From positions 1 through 64,000 of the forward strand of contig CAWBNQ010000001.1 in NCBI GenBank assembly GCA_963790205.1: 64,000 bases of DNA, given 5' to 3'. The first letter of the stretch is position 1; the number at the start of each line of letters is the position of its first letter. The DNA comes from Nitrospirota bacterium (GTDB lineage: Bacteria > Nitrospirota > UBA9217). Positions 20,773 through 31,743 of this stretch are shown in pieces. Made by a program: the position numbers and the translations under genes. The notes below the pieces were generated by a model, which was given only the letters and a program-made list of their open reading frames with translations, ran no database searches and was not told the origin of the DNA.

Positions 20773-21570
20773 TCATCCCGAGGCCGAAGGAGATCGCGAT
20801 TTTTTTAGTCTGAGGTACAGCAGCGAGACGCCCGCGAGCGCCATGACCGCGCTCAAAACCTGTCCCATGGTGAAGGGGCCCAGGATAAAACCGAGCTGTG
20901 GATCGGGCTCTCTAAAAAATTCCACGATAAATCTGAACACGCCGTACAGCGTAATGAAGAGCGACGTAAGTACGCCAGTAGTGCGAATCCTGTCTTTCGC
21001 TATCCATAAAATCGTGAAGAGCACAACGCCTTCGAGAAAGAACTCGTAGAGCTCCGAGGGATGCCGCGGAAGCGGTCCGCCTGCCGGGAAAACCATCGCC
21101 CACGGCACATCGGTAACGCGGCCATAAAGTTCACCATTGATAAAGTTCCCGAGCCTGCCGAAACCAAGCCCGATCGGAGCTGTTGCAATGACAAGGTCCG
21201 CGATTTGCCAGGGGTCCTTCGCGGACCGTTTGCAGCACCATATGCCGGCGAGCACGCTCCCGATCAGTCCGCCATGAAAAGACATTCCCCCCTCCCACAG
21301 GGCAAAAATGTCCAGAGGATGTTGAGCATAAAAGGCCAGGTTATAGAAAAGAACATAGCCGAGACGCGCGCCGAGGATTAGCCCCAGCACGATGAAAGTA
21401 TAAAGGGAATCAAGAAAGTCTCTGCTGAGGTCAAGGCCTTTTTTCTTTATTTGAAGAATGACCAGGACATACGACGCCACAAAGCCTAGCAGGTACATGA
21501 CGCCGTACCACCGTATGGCTAGAGGACCAACACGCACGATCTCTGGACTAATATGAGGATAAGGTATCAT
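20773..21570 (-). CDS. lgt: Prolipoprotein diacylglyceryl transferase
   Basis: IRWYG, GARLGYVLFY, GGMSFHGG, GRLGNFINGELYGR, RHPSELYE. Confidence 0.97.
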   Translation of the reverse strand: MIPYPHISPEIVRVGPLAIRWYGVMYLLGFVASYVLVILQIKKKGLDLSRDFLDSLYTFIVLGLILGARLGYVLFYNLAFYAQHPLDIFALWEGGMSFHGGLIGSVLAGIWCCKRSAKDPWQIADLVIATAPIGLGFGRLGNFINGELYGRVTDVPWAMVFPAGGPLPRHPSELYEFFLEGVVLFTILWIAKDRIRTTGVLTSLFITLYGVFRFIVEFFREPDPQLGFILGPFTMGQVLSAVMALAGVSLLYLRLKKSRSPSASG

Positions 21571-21670
21571 GACTAACTCCTGACAATATCGCCACCTGTT
21601 ACTTTTTTATTAAATAGCGACCCGTATCAACGTGAGGTTATATTCCGCAAATTCAATTATATGCCGATTT

Positions 21671-21699
21671 TTGACAGCCGGCTGAACCGATGGTATAGT
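21671..21699 (+). promoter_or_regulatory. sigma70 promoter
   Basis: TTGACA-N17-TATAGT. Confidence 0.75.
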
Positions 21700-21779
21700 T
21701 GTTAATATTCAGAAGACCTTCGGTCTTCTGATGAGATTGAAACAGACTCAGTGCAATGGTGCTGAGGAGGAGGTCCATT

Positions 21780-22052
21780 ATGGCACGGTATATGATCGAA
21801 TCACCTCACAAGCCGGAAGAGTGCCTCAAGGCGCTTGATGAAGAACTGGTAAAAGGGAAAGACGTATTAGATAAATTCGAATTCGGCTGCAAGGCCGGAA
21901 ATCACACGGGGTATGCGCTTGTCGATGCGGACACCAGGAACGATGCGTTGAACAAATATGTGCCGAACTTCATCCAGGAGAAGGCGCGTATCGTAGAAGT
22001 AGGAAAATTTACCCCCGAGATGATCAAATCGTTCCATTCGAAAGCAGCATAA
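21780..22052 (+). CDS. Hypothetical protein (90 aa)
   Basis: SD GAGGAGG; own promoter and terminator; HxPEEC and GC..G.H motifs. Confidence 0.75.
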   Translation: MARYMIESPHKPEECLKALDEELVKGKDVLDKFEFGCKAGNHTGYALVDADTRNDALNKYVPNFIQEKARIVEVGKFTPEMIKSFHSKAA

Positions 22053-22069
22053 CCGGTCTTCCGTGATTG

Positions 22070-22100
22070 CCCGGGCGGTGTGTGCATTGCACCGCCCGGG
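22070..22100. terminator. Stem-loop terminator between convergent genes
   Basis: CCCGGGCGGTG-N9-CACCGCCCGGG. Confidence 0.7.
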
Positions 22101-22183
22101 TAATCATTGTTTTCTCTCATCGCCCTGGGGAACCGGCTTGTACGATATGACGTCCCTTCTCATTTCACGACCGAGCCGCATCA

Positions 22184-23294
22184 TTACCTCTTCGTCTTCT
22201 CCCCAAATATCTCTTTCACCTTATCGAAAAATCCCTGCGTGATGGGCGTCGAGTTATCACCGTTCAGGCGGTCAAATTCCTGGAGCAGTTCCTTTTGTTT
22301 CGCAGTAAGCTTACTCGGGACCTCCACGACAATCCTGCACTGCTGATCGCCGACACCGGAGCCGCGAAGATGGGGAAAACCCTTTCCCTTGAGCCGGAAT
22401 GTGTGTCCCGGCTGAGTGCCGGCCGGAATTTTCAGTTTGGCGCTTCCCGTTAGGGTCGGCACGTCAATCTCCGCGCCGAGCGTTGCTTGTACGAAACTGA
22501 TTGGGACTGCGCAGAGGACATCCAGTCCTTCCCGTTGGAATAGGGGGTGCTCCTCGACCATAAGGTAGACGTAGAGGTCTCCCGGGGGCCCGCCGTGAGC
22601 GCCGAGTTCCCCCTCGCCGCTCAGACGGATCGTGGTCCCGGTCTCAACGCCGGCGGGAATCTTGACGGAGAGCGTGCGCTCCCGCTCCACGCGTTTGCGT
22701 CCACGGCAGGTATTGCACGGATCGGTGATCTGCTTGCCTTCGCCTCCGCACCGGGAGCAGGTTCGGCTGATGCTGAAGAAGCCCTGCTGCATGCGGATCT
22801 GGCCCGTGCCGCGGCAGGCCGTGCACGTAACGATCTTTGTCTTTGGACTTTGCCCCGGTCCCGTCGCAGTCGGGGCAACGCTCCCAGCGAGGCACGAGAA
22901 TCTTGGTTGTGGCGCCGAAAGCAGCGTCCTCGAAGCTGATCTTAAGGTTGTACCGGAGGTCTTCACCGGCCGTGGCCCGCGTACCCCCGCGGGATGTGCC
23001 GAAGAACTCCCCGAAAATATCGCCGAAGATATCACCCATGCCTGCGCCATAGCCCGCGGCTCCGCCGCCTTGTGCGCCCGGTGCCGTACCGTATTGGTCA
23101 TAATATGCCCGCTTCTGAGGGTCGGAAAGGACCTCGTAAGCCTCGTTGATCTCCTTGAATTTGTCCTCAGACGCCTTGTCGCCGGGGTTCTTGTCAGGAT
23201 GGTGCTGGTGCGCCAGACGGCGGTAAGCTCGCTTGAGTTCGGCATCCCCGGCGTTGCGGTGAACGCCGAGCAGTTCGTAATAGTCCTTGGCCAT
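22184..23294 (-). CDS. dnaJ: Chaperone DnaJ, split by a +1 frameshift near 22836-22845 (probably a sequencing error)
   Basis: J-domain HPD, G/F region and CPDCDGTG in one frame; [22 protein letters not shown] and the C-domain in the other. Confidence 0.92.
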
Positions 23295-23502
23295 TATTCC
23301 CTTTCAGCTATAAAACATTCTCGACAGAGCGCGCTGAGAACACAGGGTGAAAATCTGTGGCATGAAAATCCAGCTCATCCTCTGTGAACTCTGCGTCCTG
23401 CAACAAAATAAAAACGTACTTGGTTTCCACAAAAAGAGGATAGCAAACGGCAAGGGAATCCCCCCTGCGTCGGCTACCCTCTGCAGTCTCATTTCGTGTT
23501 TA

Positions 23503-25428
23503 TTATTTTTTGTCTTTGTCCACTTCCTCGAACTCGGCATCCACTACTTTTTCCTCGGGCTTCTTGCCGTCACCACCGGCTGCTCCGGTTGCTGCGCCGG
23601 CGCCGGGCTGTGCCTGCTCTTTGCCCATCTTGGAGTAAATCTCCTCGGCAAGCTTATGAGACGCCTTCGAGAGGTCCGCCACGGCCTTCTTGATGGCTTC
23701 TACGTCCTGGCCGTCCTTCACGCGCCTTGCCTCTTCGAGTGCTTTCTGTATCTCGGCGCGCTCCGCTTCGGTGAGCTTGGAGCCGTAATCGGCCACCGAT
23801 TTCTCGACCGAATAGATCAACGTGTCAGCCTCGTTCCGCGCTTCGGCAACTTCGCGTTTTTTCTTGTCATCGGCGGCATGGGCCTCGCTCTCTTTGACAG
23901 CCTTTTCGATTTCTTCCTTGCTCATGCCGGAGGACGCCGTAATTTTGATAGACTGCTCCCTGCCCGTGCCGAGGTCTTTCGCGGTCACGTGCACGATGCC
24001 GTTCGCGTCGATGTCGAAGGTCACCTCGACCTGCGGCACACCGCGCGGCGCCGGCGGGATGCCCACAAGCTCGAAGCGGCCCAAGGTCTTGTTGTCCGAC
24101 GCCATCTCGCGCTCGCCCTGCACCACGTGGATCGAAACGGCGGTCTGGTTGTCGGACGCTGTGGAGAATACCTGGCTCTTTTTGGTCGGGATGGTGGTAT
24201 TGCGCTCGATGATCCTCGTGGCCACGCCGCCCAAAGTCTCGATGCCGAGGGACAACGGCGTCACGTCGAGGAGCAGCACGTCTTTCACCTGGCCGGTCAG
24301 CACGGCGCCCTGGATACCCGCGCCGATGGCCACGACTTCGTCGGGGTTCACACCGCGGTGCGGGTCTTTCTTGAAGAAATCCTTCACCGTAGAGACAACC
24401 CGCGGCATACGCGTCATGCCGCCCACCATGATCGCCTCGTTGATCTGCTCAACCTTCTTACCGGCGTCGGAGAGCGCCTTCTTCACCGGCTCAGTCGTCT
24501 TCTCGATGAGGTCTCCGACGATCTGCTCCAGTTTCGCCCTTGAGAGCTTGTAGAGCAGGTGCTTCGGTCCGCTCGCATCGGCGGTAACGAAGGGGAGGTT
24601 GATCTCGGTCTCCATGACGTTCGAGAGCTCGATCTTGGCCTTCTCCGCTGCCTCTTTCAGTCGTTGGAGCGCCATCTTGTCCTTACGGAGGTCGATGCCT
24701 TGGTCTTTCATAAATTCGTCGGCGAGCCACTTGATGATCCGTTCGTCGAAGTCGTCCCCGCCCAGGTACGTATCGCCGTTGGTGGACTTTACCTCGAACA
24801 CACCTTCGCCGAGCTCGAGGATGGAGATATCGAAGGTCCCCCCTCCCAAGTCGTACACAGCAACGGTCTCGTCCTTCTTTTTGTCCAGACCGTAGGCGAG
24901 GGCCGCAGCTGTGGGCTCGTTGATGATGCGGAGCACGTTCAGTCCGGCTATTCTTCCCGCGTCTTTCGTTGCCTGGCGCTGACTGTCGTTGAAGTACGCC
25001 GGCACCGTGACCACGGCATCGGTCACTTTCTCGCCCAGGAAATCCTCAGCGGTTTGCCTCATTTTCTGCAGGATCATGGCCGAAATCTCCGAGGGGCTGT
25101 ACGTCTTGCCGCGAACCTCCACGTGCGCATCGCCGTTCGAAGCAGCTACGATCTTATACGGCAGGTGTTTCATCGCCTCTTTGACCTCAGTCGAATCATA
25201 CTTCCTTCCCATCAGCCTCTTGATGGAGAAAATAGTATTTTCCGGGTTTGTGATCGATTGCCTCTTTGCGATCTGACCCACCAGCCGTTCTCCGCTTTCC
25301 GTGAATGCCACAACGGAGGGCGTGGTCCGGCTCCCCTCGGAGTTCGGGATAACGACCGGTTCTCCTCCCTCCATGATCGCAACGCAAGAGTTGGTCGTTC
25401 CCAGATCAATTCCTATCACTTTTGCCAT
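23503..25428 (-). CDS. dnaK: Chaperone DnaK
   Basis: [35 protein letters not shown]. Confidence 0.99.
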   Translation of the reverse strand: MAKVIGIDLGTTNSCVAIMEGGEPVVIPNSEGSRTTPSVVAFTESGERLVGQIAKRQSITNPENTIFSIKRLMGRKYDSTEVKEAMKHLPYKIVAASNGDAHVEVRGKTYSPSEISAMILQKMRQTAEDFLGEKVTDAVVTVPAYFNDSQRQATKDAGRIAGLNVLRIINEPTAAALAYGLDKKKDETVAVYDLGGGTFDISILELGEGVFEVKSTNGDTYLGGDDFDERIIKWLADEFMKDQGIDLRKDKMALQRLKEAAEKAKIELSNVMETEINLPFVTADASGPKHLLYKLSRAKLEQIVGDLIEKTTEPVKKALSDAGKKVEQINEAIMVGGMTRMPRVVSTVKDFFKKDPHRGVNPDEVVAIGAGIQGAVLTGQVKDVLLLDVTPLSLGIETLGGVATRIIERNTTIPTKKSQVFSTASDNQTAVSIHVVQGEREMASDNKTLGRFELVGIPPAPRGVPQVEVTFDIDANGIVHVTAKDLGTGREQSIKITASSGMSKEEIEKAVKESEAHAADDKKKREVAEARNEADTLIYSVEKSVADYGSKLTEAERAEIQKALEEARRVKDGQDVEAIKKAVADLSKASHKLAEEIYSKMGKEQAQPGAGAATGAAGGDGKKPEEKVVDAEFEEVDKDKK

Positions 25429-25581
25429 AACAACCTCCTTAGTAAAAACCAGATGATAATTTCTAAATCCTAAATTCTAAATAACATCGAAGTGCACAAC
25501 TTACCCTGATCAAAACTGTTTTGAAGCTGATCAGTTGGATCTATTTAGAGCTTAGGATTTGGTTATTCGAATTTACTCTCC

Positions 25582-26169
25582 TCATTCCGTTTTCGCCTCC
25601 GCCTGCGGTTTCTTGGAAACGCTTACCTTCGCGTGGCGGAGCACCTTGTCGTGATACATATATCCTTCCTGAAATACCTGCACCACTGTATTCTCCGGCA
25701 CTGCATCGGTGACTTCCTGCGCCACGGCATCGTGCTTCTTCGGATCGAACGATTCGCCTTGCGCAGAAAAAACCGTTATCCCGAACTTTTCGAGCATATC
25801 GTGGAGCTGCCTGTAAACCAGTTCCACGCCCTGGCGCAGCCCCTGGCTGGTCTCGTCCGTCTCGGATGCGTGCTTGATCGCAAGCGCAAGATGGTCCACG
25901 ACGCTCAACAGTTCACGCGCCATCTGTTCATTCGCATACTTTTTGAAATCCACGAGATCGCGCTGCATGCGCTTTCGGTAATTCTCAAAATCCGCGTATG
26001 TCCGAAGATAACGGTCGTGGGCCTCCGCCGCTTCCTTCGCTTTCCGATCAAGGGCCTGCGAGAGCTTTTCCATTTCCACAGACGCCTCTGCTGGCGCTGA
26101 AGATTCCCCTTTTTCGGGTACTATCGACTCCACATCCTCTTCCGTGAGATCATCAAACTCATTCGTCAT
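25582..26169 (-). CDS. grpE: Nucleotide exchange factor GrpE
   Basis: ADFENYRKR, FDP..HDAV, GY.....LR.A.V.V. Confidence 0.96.
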   Translation of the reverse strand: MTNEFDDLTEEDVESIVPEKGESSAPAEASVEMEKLSQALDRKAKEAAEAHDRYLRTYADFENYRKRMQRDLVDFKKYANEQMARELLSVVDHLALAIKHASETDETSQGLRQGVELVYRQLHDMLEKFGITVFSAQGESFDPKKHDAVAQEVTDAVPENTVVQVFQEGYMYHDKVLRHAKVSVSKKPQAEAKTE

Positions 26170-27212
26170 CGATCCAAGCCCCTCTGAAAACGTTCACCCA
26201 ATAGTTTCGACAGAAGCTTCGCGGTGTAATCCACCACGTGAATTACCTGCTTGTACTGCATTCTCGTGGGACCGATCACGCCAAGCGTACCCACAACGTT
26301 CGCCCCGACTTTATAATTGCTCACCACCAGACTGCATCCTTGCATCTCGAAAAAAGGGTTCTCCGAACCGATGAAAACCTTGATACCCTCAGCCGTCACG
26401 CTCCGGTCGAGGAGCTTGAGCAGCTTGTACTTGTCCTCCAGGGCCTTGAACAGCGTCCTCATCTTCTCCACGTTCGCGAACTCGGGATTCTCGAGGATCT
26501 GGGAAGCGCCATCGATATAAACTTTATCGGCGTCCCGCTCCTGGACCTCCTGACTGGCGCGATAGGTCTCATCCATAAGGTGCATGAACACGCGCTTCTC
26601 TTCCTGCATCTTCTCGATCAGCCGCTGCCGGATCTCGGGGAGCGCTCTTTGCCCGAGCTCTTCATCCAGGTATGAGCTGAAATAGTTGAGATCCTGCTGC
26701 TGGATGGTCTCGTCCAGCTCAATGAGTTTGTTCTGAACAGTGCCCGTGTTCGTCACGAAAATAATGAGTACCTGCCTGCCGCGCAAACGCACGAACTCGA
26801 TATGTTTATAGTTGCCCTCCGTCTCGGATGGCGCGATCACCACACCGGCACAGTGCGAGAGCGAAGCGAGAAAGCGGCTTGCCTCTTCCATAAGTCCCTG
26901 AAGGTCGCCGCCGTGAAGTGACGGGGCCTGCCGCAGATGATCTTCAATATCTTCGGTGTCGTTCTCGACGCTGATCAAGCTGTCGATATAATACCGGTAT
27001 CCCAAGTCCGTGGGGATCCTGCCGGCCGAGGTATGGGGATGGGTAAGATAGCCCAGATCCTCGAGTTCGGCCATGATATTGCGCAGCGTCGCGGAACTGA
27101 GGCCGAAGTCATATCGCCTGACCAACACCGTGGAGCCGATTGGGGCTCCACTGGAAATGTAACTGTCTATGACGGCCTGCAAAACTCTTTTATCTCTTTC
27201 ATCTAAATCCAT
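26166..27212 (-). CDS. hrcA: Heat-inducible transcription repressor HrcA
   Basis: SSATLRN.MA.LE..GYL.HPHTSAGRIPT; GVIGPTRM.Y. Confidence 0.97.
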   Translation of the reverse strand: MDLDERDKRVLQAVIDSYISSGAPIGSTVLVRRYDFGLSSATLRNIMAELEDLGYLTHPHTSAGRIPTDLGYRYYIDSLISVENDTEDIEDHLRQAPSLHGGDLQGLMEEASRFLASLSHCAGVVIAPSETEGNYKHIEFVRLRGRQVLIIFVTNTGTVQNKLIELDETIQQQDLNYFSSYLDEELGQRALPEIRQRLIEKMQEEKRVFMHLMDETYRASQEVQERDADKVYIDGASQILENPEFANVEKMRTLFKALEDKYKLLKLLDRSVTAEGIKVFIGSENPFFEMQGCSLVVSNYKVGANVVGTLGVIGPTRMQYKQVIHVVDYTAKLLSKLLGERFQRGLDR

Positions 27213-27264
27213 ACTGCTTACCCTGCACTGGCTCGCCAGCACTAAACTATAACGCTCCTTATTA

Positions 27265-27291
27265 TTAGCACTCGCGCTGATAGAGTGCTAA
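27265..27291. promoter_or_regulatory. CIRCE operator upstream of hrcA
   Basis: Perfect TTAGCACTC-N9-GAGTGCTAA just downstream of a minus-strand TTGACA(27321-27316)-N17-TAAATT promoter. Confidence 0.97.
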
Positions 27292-27368
27292 TAATTTAAC
27301 ATAGGGGGTTTCGAGTGTCAAGCGCTATTTCCCGTTCACACCATTAATGGATTAGCCCTCGTTTGCTC

Positions 27369-27421
27369 AAAAAAACCATCCCGCAGAGCCCCAGGCCGGA
27401 TGGCACGAGGTAGCGGGATGG
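27369..27421 (-). terminator. Probable hsp20 terminator
   Basis: CCATCCCGC...GCGGGATGG stem followed by a T-run on the minus strand. Confidence 0.5.
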
Positions 27422-27471
27422 CATCGCTCTGTCCTTCGACAGAGCTGAGGAACAGGCTGTTCCCTCTTCAT

Positions 27472-27993
27472 TTATGCAGCCTTCTTAACAGCCGCCTCAC
27501 CTTCGACAAGCTTCGGAGTCTCGATCTCGATCTTCTTGGGCTTGGACATTGCCGGTGCAGGCACCGTAATCTCAAGGATGCCATTCGTGAATTTTGCCTT
27601 CACCTGCTCGGTCTTAACACCCTCGGGAAGCGCAAGCCGCCTCTCGAAACTGCCGTATGCAAGCTCCCGATAGATGTAATCCTCATCCTTCGCGCCCTTT
27701 TCCGTCTTCCGTTCTCCCTTGATGATGAGCTGTCGCGTATTTTCGTCCAGCGTTACATCAACGTCTTTGGGGTCGATACCGGGAAGTTCGCACTTAAACA
27801 CTAAGTCATTGCCTTTCGTATAGCTCTCCACCGAAGGCATCCATGCACCGAAGCCGGTTTCGGAAACTGGAATATCCCTTCCCAGAAACCGGTCAAACAG
27901 CCTGTCCATATCATGCTGCATATCACGCAGTTCGCTGAACGGATCCCACCGTCTCATTACCCTGAAGGGATCCAACCGAATCAAGCTTTTCAT
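27472..27993 (-). CDS. Hsp20/alpha-crystallin small heat shock protein
   Basis: ELPGIDPKDVDV, YGSFERRLALPE, AKFTNGILEI; SD AAGGAGG. Confidence 0.95.
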   Translation of the reverse strand: MKSLIRLDPFRVMRRWDPFSELRDMQHDMDRLFDRFLGRDIPVSETGFGAWMPSVESYTKGNDLVFKCELPGIDPKDVDVTLDENTRQLIIKGERKTEKGAKDEDYIYRELAYGSFERRLALPEGVKTEQVKAKFTNGILEITVPAPAMSKPKKIEIETPKLVEGEAAVKKAA

Positions 27994-28131
27994 CGCAATC
28001 CCTCCTTTTTTGATGCTTCGATTCTTTTTGATATCTCCCGCTTTGAGCGCCTTTTCAGCCCCGGATACCCTGAAGCTGCGGCTGGTGAAGCCTCGAGAGC
28101 CCCAAACATCATTAAGGATTTAAGCGGAAGA

Positions 28132-28194
28132 TCAGGCTTCAAACAGATCCATATCAACTTTACCGACATACAGAAAGCTATATAATTCAGTCAC
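28132..28194 (-). CDS. Putative 20-aa small ORF (GTG start) MTELYSFLYVGKVDMDLFEA
   Basis: Perfect SD AGGAGGTGA 6 nt before the GTG; lies between the CIRCE promoter and hsp20. Confidence 0.5.
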   Translation of the reverse strand: MTELYSFLYVGKVDMDLFEA

Positions 28195-28256
28195 CGGCTT
28201 TCACCTCCTGTGAATGTTGTCTGTTTTCACACTTCATATATATCTATACCATACTA

Positions 28257-28283
28257 TTAGCACTCTGTCAAGCAGAGTGCTAA
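28257..28283. promoter_or_regulatory. CIRCE operator overlapping the -35 of the hsp20 promoter
   Basis: Perfect TTAGCACTC-TGTCAAGCA-GAGTGCTAA; the spacer holds a minus-strand TTGACA followed by N17-TATAGA. Confidence 0.95.
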
Positions 28284-28370
28284 TTTATATAACATATTGA
28301 TTTTTTAAATTTTTATATCTAATATTTGAGAAACGAGGACTAAAACCGCAGACTTATCAGGTAAGTAAGG

Positions 28371-28628
28371 CTAAGCCTTTGATGAAAGTCCGCCTTGAAT
28401 TACAAACCGTTCAGTGATGATTTTACGAAATCTCGGCGCATAGATAAGTTCATAAACATGCTCTTTGTCGGGAAAAAGATTAAGGGCTGCCTTTTTCGCG
28501 TCTCTCATGATGTCAAATGCCTCTTTCAGGGTCAGGTCCGATTGCTGCATGAGAATGGCCTGCGCAAGGTCCACAATAAACCTGAGGCGTCTCATGTTTT
28601 TTTCTTCTTCCATAAGTTTTTCTTTCAT
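28371..28628 (-). CDS. Conserved hypothetical protein (85 aa)
   Basis: SD AGGAG; RRLRFIVDL...ALNLFPDKE..YELIYAPRFR. Confidence 0.7.
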   Translation of the reverse strand: MKEKLMEEEKNMRRLRFIVDLAQAILMQQSDLTLKEAFDIMRDAKKAALNLFPDKEHVYELIYAPRFRKIITERFVIQGGLSSKA

Positions 28629-28966
28629 GTCCGCTGCTCCTGTAAAAAAATCTCTGGGAACCAACCGTCCTATAGTACGACGTCTCCCTGTTTTTTTCAA
28701 TACTCTCCGAAAGATTACCCCTGCATTTCGATAATCTCTTGTGCTCCCGGGAACAAAATAAGAAAGCATCGTTCTGAAAGGAGGGAAAGTCGTTACAACT
28801 GCTGGTCTTTTTTGGAAATGATGAAATCGATGGCTTTCCGGGCTAGTAAAATTCGGAGAGCGTAGCGTGCCGGGCATTGAAAACGGAGGGTTGCAGGATG
28901 CGGATACAGGATGGGTGGGCACTATTAGTGAGCTTCTAACCTTGTTCGTTGGTCATGCATCTTTAT

Positions 28967-29440
28967 TTATCTTTCAAACGTCCCGCTCTTGCCCCCCGTC
29001 TTTTTCATGAGGCGGATGTCGGTGACCATCATGGCCCGGTCCACGGACTTGCACATATCGTAGATCGTAAGGCCGGCCGCAGCCACGGCGGTCAATGCCT
29101 CCATCTCCACGCCGGTCTGCCCCGTCGTCCTGATGGTGGCACGGATCTTCACGCATGATCCCTTTTCATCGGGTTCGAATGAAATTTCCGCGGATGTTAT
29201 GTTCAGCGGATGGCACAGGGGGATAAGCCCGGCGGTCTTCTTCGCGGCCATAATCCCCGCGACGCGCGCCACGCCGAACACATCACCTTTGGAGACCTCC
29301 CGGTCAAGGATGAGCTTGAGCGTTTCAGGCAGCATGGTGACGCGGCCCTCGGCTACGGCCTCTCGGGCTGTTTCCTCCTTGCGGGAAACATCGACCATGC
29401 GCGCCGCGCCCTGGTTATCAAAATGAGTAAGCTTTCCCAT
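28967..29440 (-). CDS. moaC: Cyclic pyranopterin monophosphate synthase
   Basis: [39 protein letters not shown]. Confidence 0.97.
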   Translation of the reverse strand: MGKLTHFDNQGAARMVDVSRKEETAREAVAEGRVTMLPETLKLILDREVSKGDVFGVARVAGIMAAKKTAGLIPLCHPLNITSAEISFEPDEKGSCVKIRATIRTTGQTGVEMEALTAVAAAGLTIYDMCKSVDRAMMVTDIRLMKKTGGKSGTFER

Positions 29441-29577
29441 GATTCTCTCTATTTCCTTATCAGGATACGCCGGAGCAACGCGACTGAAATCCCAATCTTA
29501 CCAACAAACTTCAGATAATCATCAATACTCGATTGACAAATTCAAGCAGTTTCTAAATTAGATGAACTCGAAAATGA

Positions 29578-29696
29578 ACCTCCCGCAGCAAGCTGCGGGG
29601 TATCTATAAAAAGGAAGACGATTATCTTTTGAGCAACCTGCGGTTTCTCAAACTCTTCCCTCTATAAGGTGACCCGTAGCAAGCTACGGGGAATTG
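29578..29696. mobile_element. Small non-autonomous IS200/IS605-like (PATE/REP-type) element
   Basis: Two related hairpins, CCCGCAGC-AA-GCTGCGGG (29582-29599) and CCCGTAGC-AA-GCTACGGG (29673-29690), with no transposase between them. Confidence 0.55.
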
Positions 29697-29748
29697 CAAG
29701 TTAAAATTTATTTGGGGGTTCAGAGATTGCAATTGGCAGTTGCACTCA

Positions 29749-30739
29749 TCACCCTCCTATCTTCGACATCGCACGGCGGGAGCAGCCCTGCCCCGGCCTC
29801 GGTGATGTAATGCCGCTCGGGTTTGACCTCGAGTGCGAGCCTGAACAGCCGCTCAAGCTCCCGGTCGTCGCAGCCGCCCCGCAGAGGGGATTTGACGTCG
29901 ATCTCGGTGTCCGAGAGCAGGCATGGCCTGATCTTGCCGTCGGCCGTGAGGCGCAGGCGCCGGCAGGAAGCGCAAAAGTGCTTGCTGATCGGGCTGATAA
30001 ATCCGATCACGCCCCGCGCACCGGCGATCTGATAATTGTCGGAAGGCCCCGCTGATTTCTGCGAAGTGAACGGCACGAGCGGCCCGACCTCCCGTTCGAT
30101 CACGGCCCGTATCTCATCAGCGGTCACGCACGTTTCCCTGTGCCAGCGGTCGTTCGCGCCGATCGGCATAAACTCGATAAAACGAACATGAATATTTCGA
30201 TCGCGGGTGAGCCGGGCAAAATCCGCGACCTCACCGTCGTTGATCCCCTTTACCGGGACCATATTTATCTTGAGGGGCGAGAACCCGGCCTCTTCGGCAC
30301 GGTTGATCCCGCGCCAGACCCGGCCCCAGCAGTCGCTGCCGGTGATCTCGAAAAACTTCCGCGCGTCAAGCGAATCGAGACTGATATTGAGCCGGGAGAT
30401 CCCCGCGTCACGCAGCTCCGCCGCCATCTCGTCGAGCAGAACGCCGTTTGTGGTCAGGCTGATGTCTCTGATACCCTTTATCTTCTTCAGCTCGGCGATA
30501 AAGTCGAGCACCCCGCGCCTGATGAGCGGCTCGCCGCCGGTGAGCCGGACATGAACGATGCCGAGGGCTACCGCGACGGAAACGAGCCGCAGAATCTCTT
30601 CATACCGAAGGATATCGCTATGCGCAAGCATCCGCAAGCGCGCCTGTGGCTTACAGTACACACAGGAAAGATTGCAGCGGTCGGTAATGGACACCCGCAG
30701 ATAATCGATGCAGCGGTTAAGCGGATCGTAAAGGGGCAT
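29749..30739 (-). CDS. moaA: GTP 3',8-cyclase MoaA; +1 frameshift near 29786 hides the true C-terminus MSKIGG
   Basis: YLRVSITDRCNLSCVYC, RFIEFMP, FCASC.RLRLT..G...PCL; the alternative frame gives GCSRRAMSKIGG-stop. Confidence 0.95.
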
Positions 30740-30895
30740 AGGAAAACTCTACCACAGGCCTCGGGGGACTTCAAGGCCAAATTATGGCCTTGACCAAACC
30801 GTCTTTTATCAGTATAATTTCATCCATTGCGGTCCACCGGTGTTGCGAAGGCGGAGCCACTGAGTTTTCCCTCACGAAGGTGATTGAAACGGCAT

Positions 30896-31450
30896 ATGTC
30901 AGAACCCAGTAAACGACTCTTTATCAGCAGCGGCAAAGGATACCTGAATGCGGCGGGACCGCAGGCCAGGTTCATCGTATTTCTTCTAACGGTCCTCATC
31001 ATTTTCACGATCATCCTCCGGATATTTCAAAAACTTGCGGAGATCGTGCAGCTTCCCGTCTTTCTCCCCCTTTCCCTGATAACGCTGCTGGTTTTCATCG
31101 GTGTCGCCGGCACTATCTATTCCCATAAATTCGTCGGGCCCCTCGTACGCATACGCAGGGCCATCGAACGCCTGGCCGAGGGCGATATTGCCATTTCGCT
31201 GCGGCTCAGAGAGTCCGACGATCCCATGCTGAAGGACCTTGTCAAAGCAATCAGCCGCCTGTGTGAACACAGCAGAAACACCCATACCCTGATTCACGGT
31301 ACGGTACAGGACCTCTTCGCCGACATGGCAGCCCTTCAGGAAAAAATTCAGCAAGGCGCGGACAAGGCCGAAATTCTGAAACAGCTCGAGATCGTGAAAA
31401 AAAGGCAGGATGTGCTCGATAAAGCAGTGCAATCGTCCCGGAAAACGTAA
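30896..31450 (+). CDS. Two-TM HAMP-domain membrane protein
   Basis: Two TM helices, then SHKFVGPLVRI...LAEGD...LRLRESD HAMP pattern and a coiled coil. Confidence 0.7.
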   Translation: MSEPSKRLFISSGKGYLNAAGPQARFIVFLLTVLIIFTIILRIFQKLAEIVQLPVFLPLSLITLLVFIGVAGTIYSHKFVGPLVRIRRAIERLAEGDIAISLRLRESDDPMLKDLVKAISRLCEHSRNTHTLIHGTVQDLFADMAALQEKIQQGADKAEILKQLEIVKKRQDVLDKAVQSSRKT

Positions 31451-31461
31451 GGAAATTTCCC

Positions 31462-31743
31462 ATGGCTGAAAGCGGCTTTAGAGGAAAGAGCATGAAATCG
31501 GTCGCCGTGGATGTGGCGGAAGGCTACGTCTCGGTGAATCCGCTTTTTTTGAAGAAATTCGATAAGGACATGGTGAAAGAGCTGTACGAAAACCTGAACA
31601 AGGCCCTCACGAGCACCAGGAACGAGAAGATCGACCTCACCAATCAATCAGCCCTGCGTATGAGAAACATGAAGCTCCAGCGCCTGCATAACGCCATGAT
31701 CATCCTCAGGAACACGGCGCGCGAAAAGAGGATCCCGCTCTAA
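31462..31743 (+). CDS. Conserved hypothetical protein
   Basis: Follows the HAMP gene after 11 nt; DVAEGYVSVNPLFLK...RNMKLQRL. Confidence 0.7.
   Translation: MAESGFRGKSMKSVAVDVAEGYVSVNPLFLKKFDKDMVKELYENLNKALTSTRNEKIDLTNQSALRMRNMKLQRLHNAMIILRNTAREKRIPL

Noticed and set aside
21728..21745. CTGATGAG...GAAAC resembling a hammerhead ribozyme core
   Set aside because: No room for stem II and no matching stem III or cleavage triplet.
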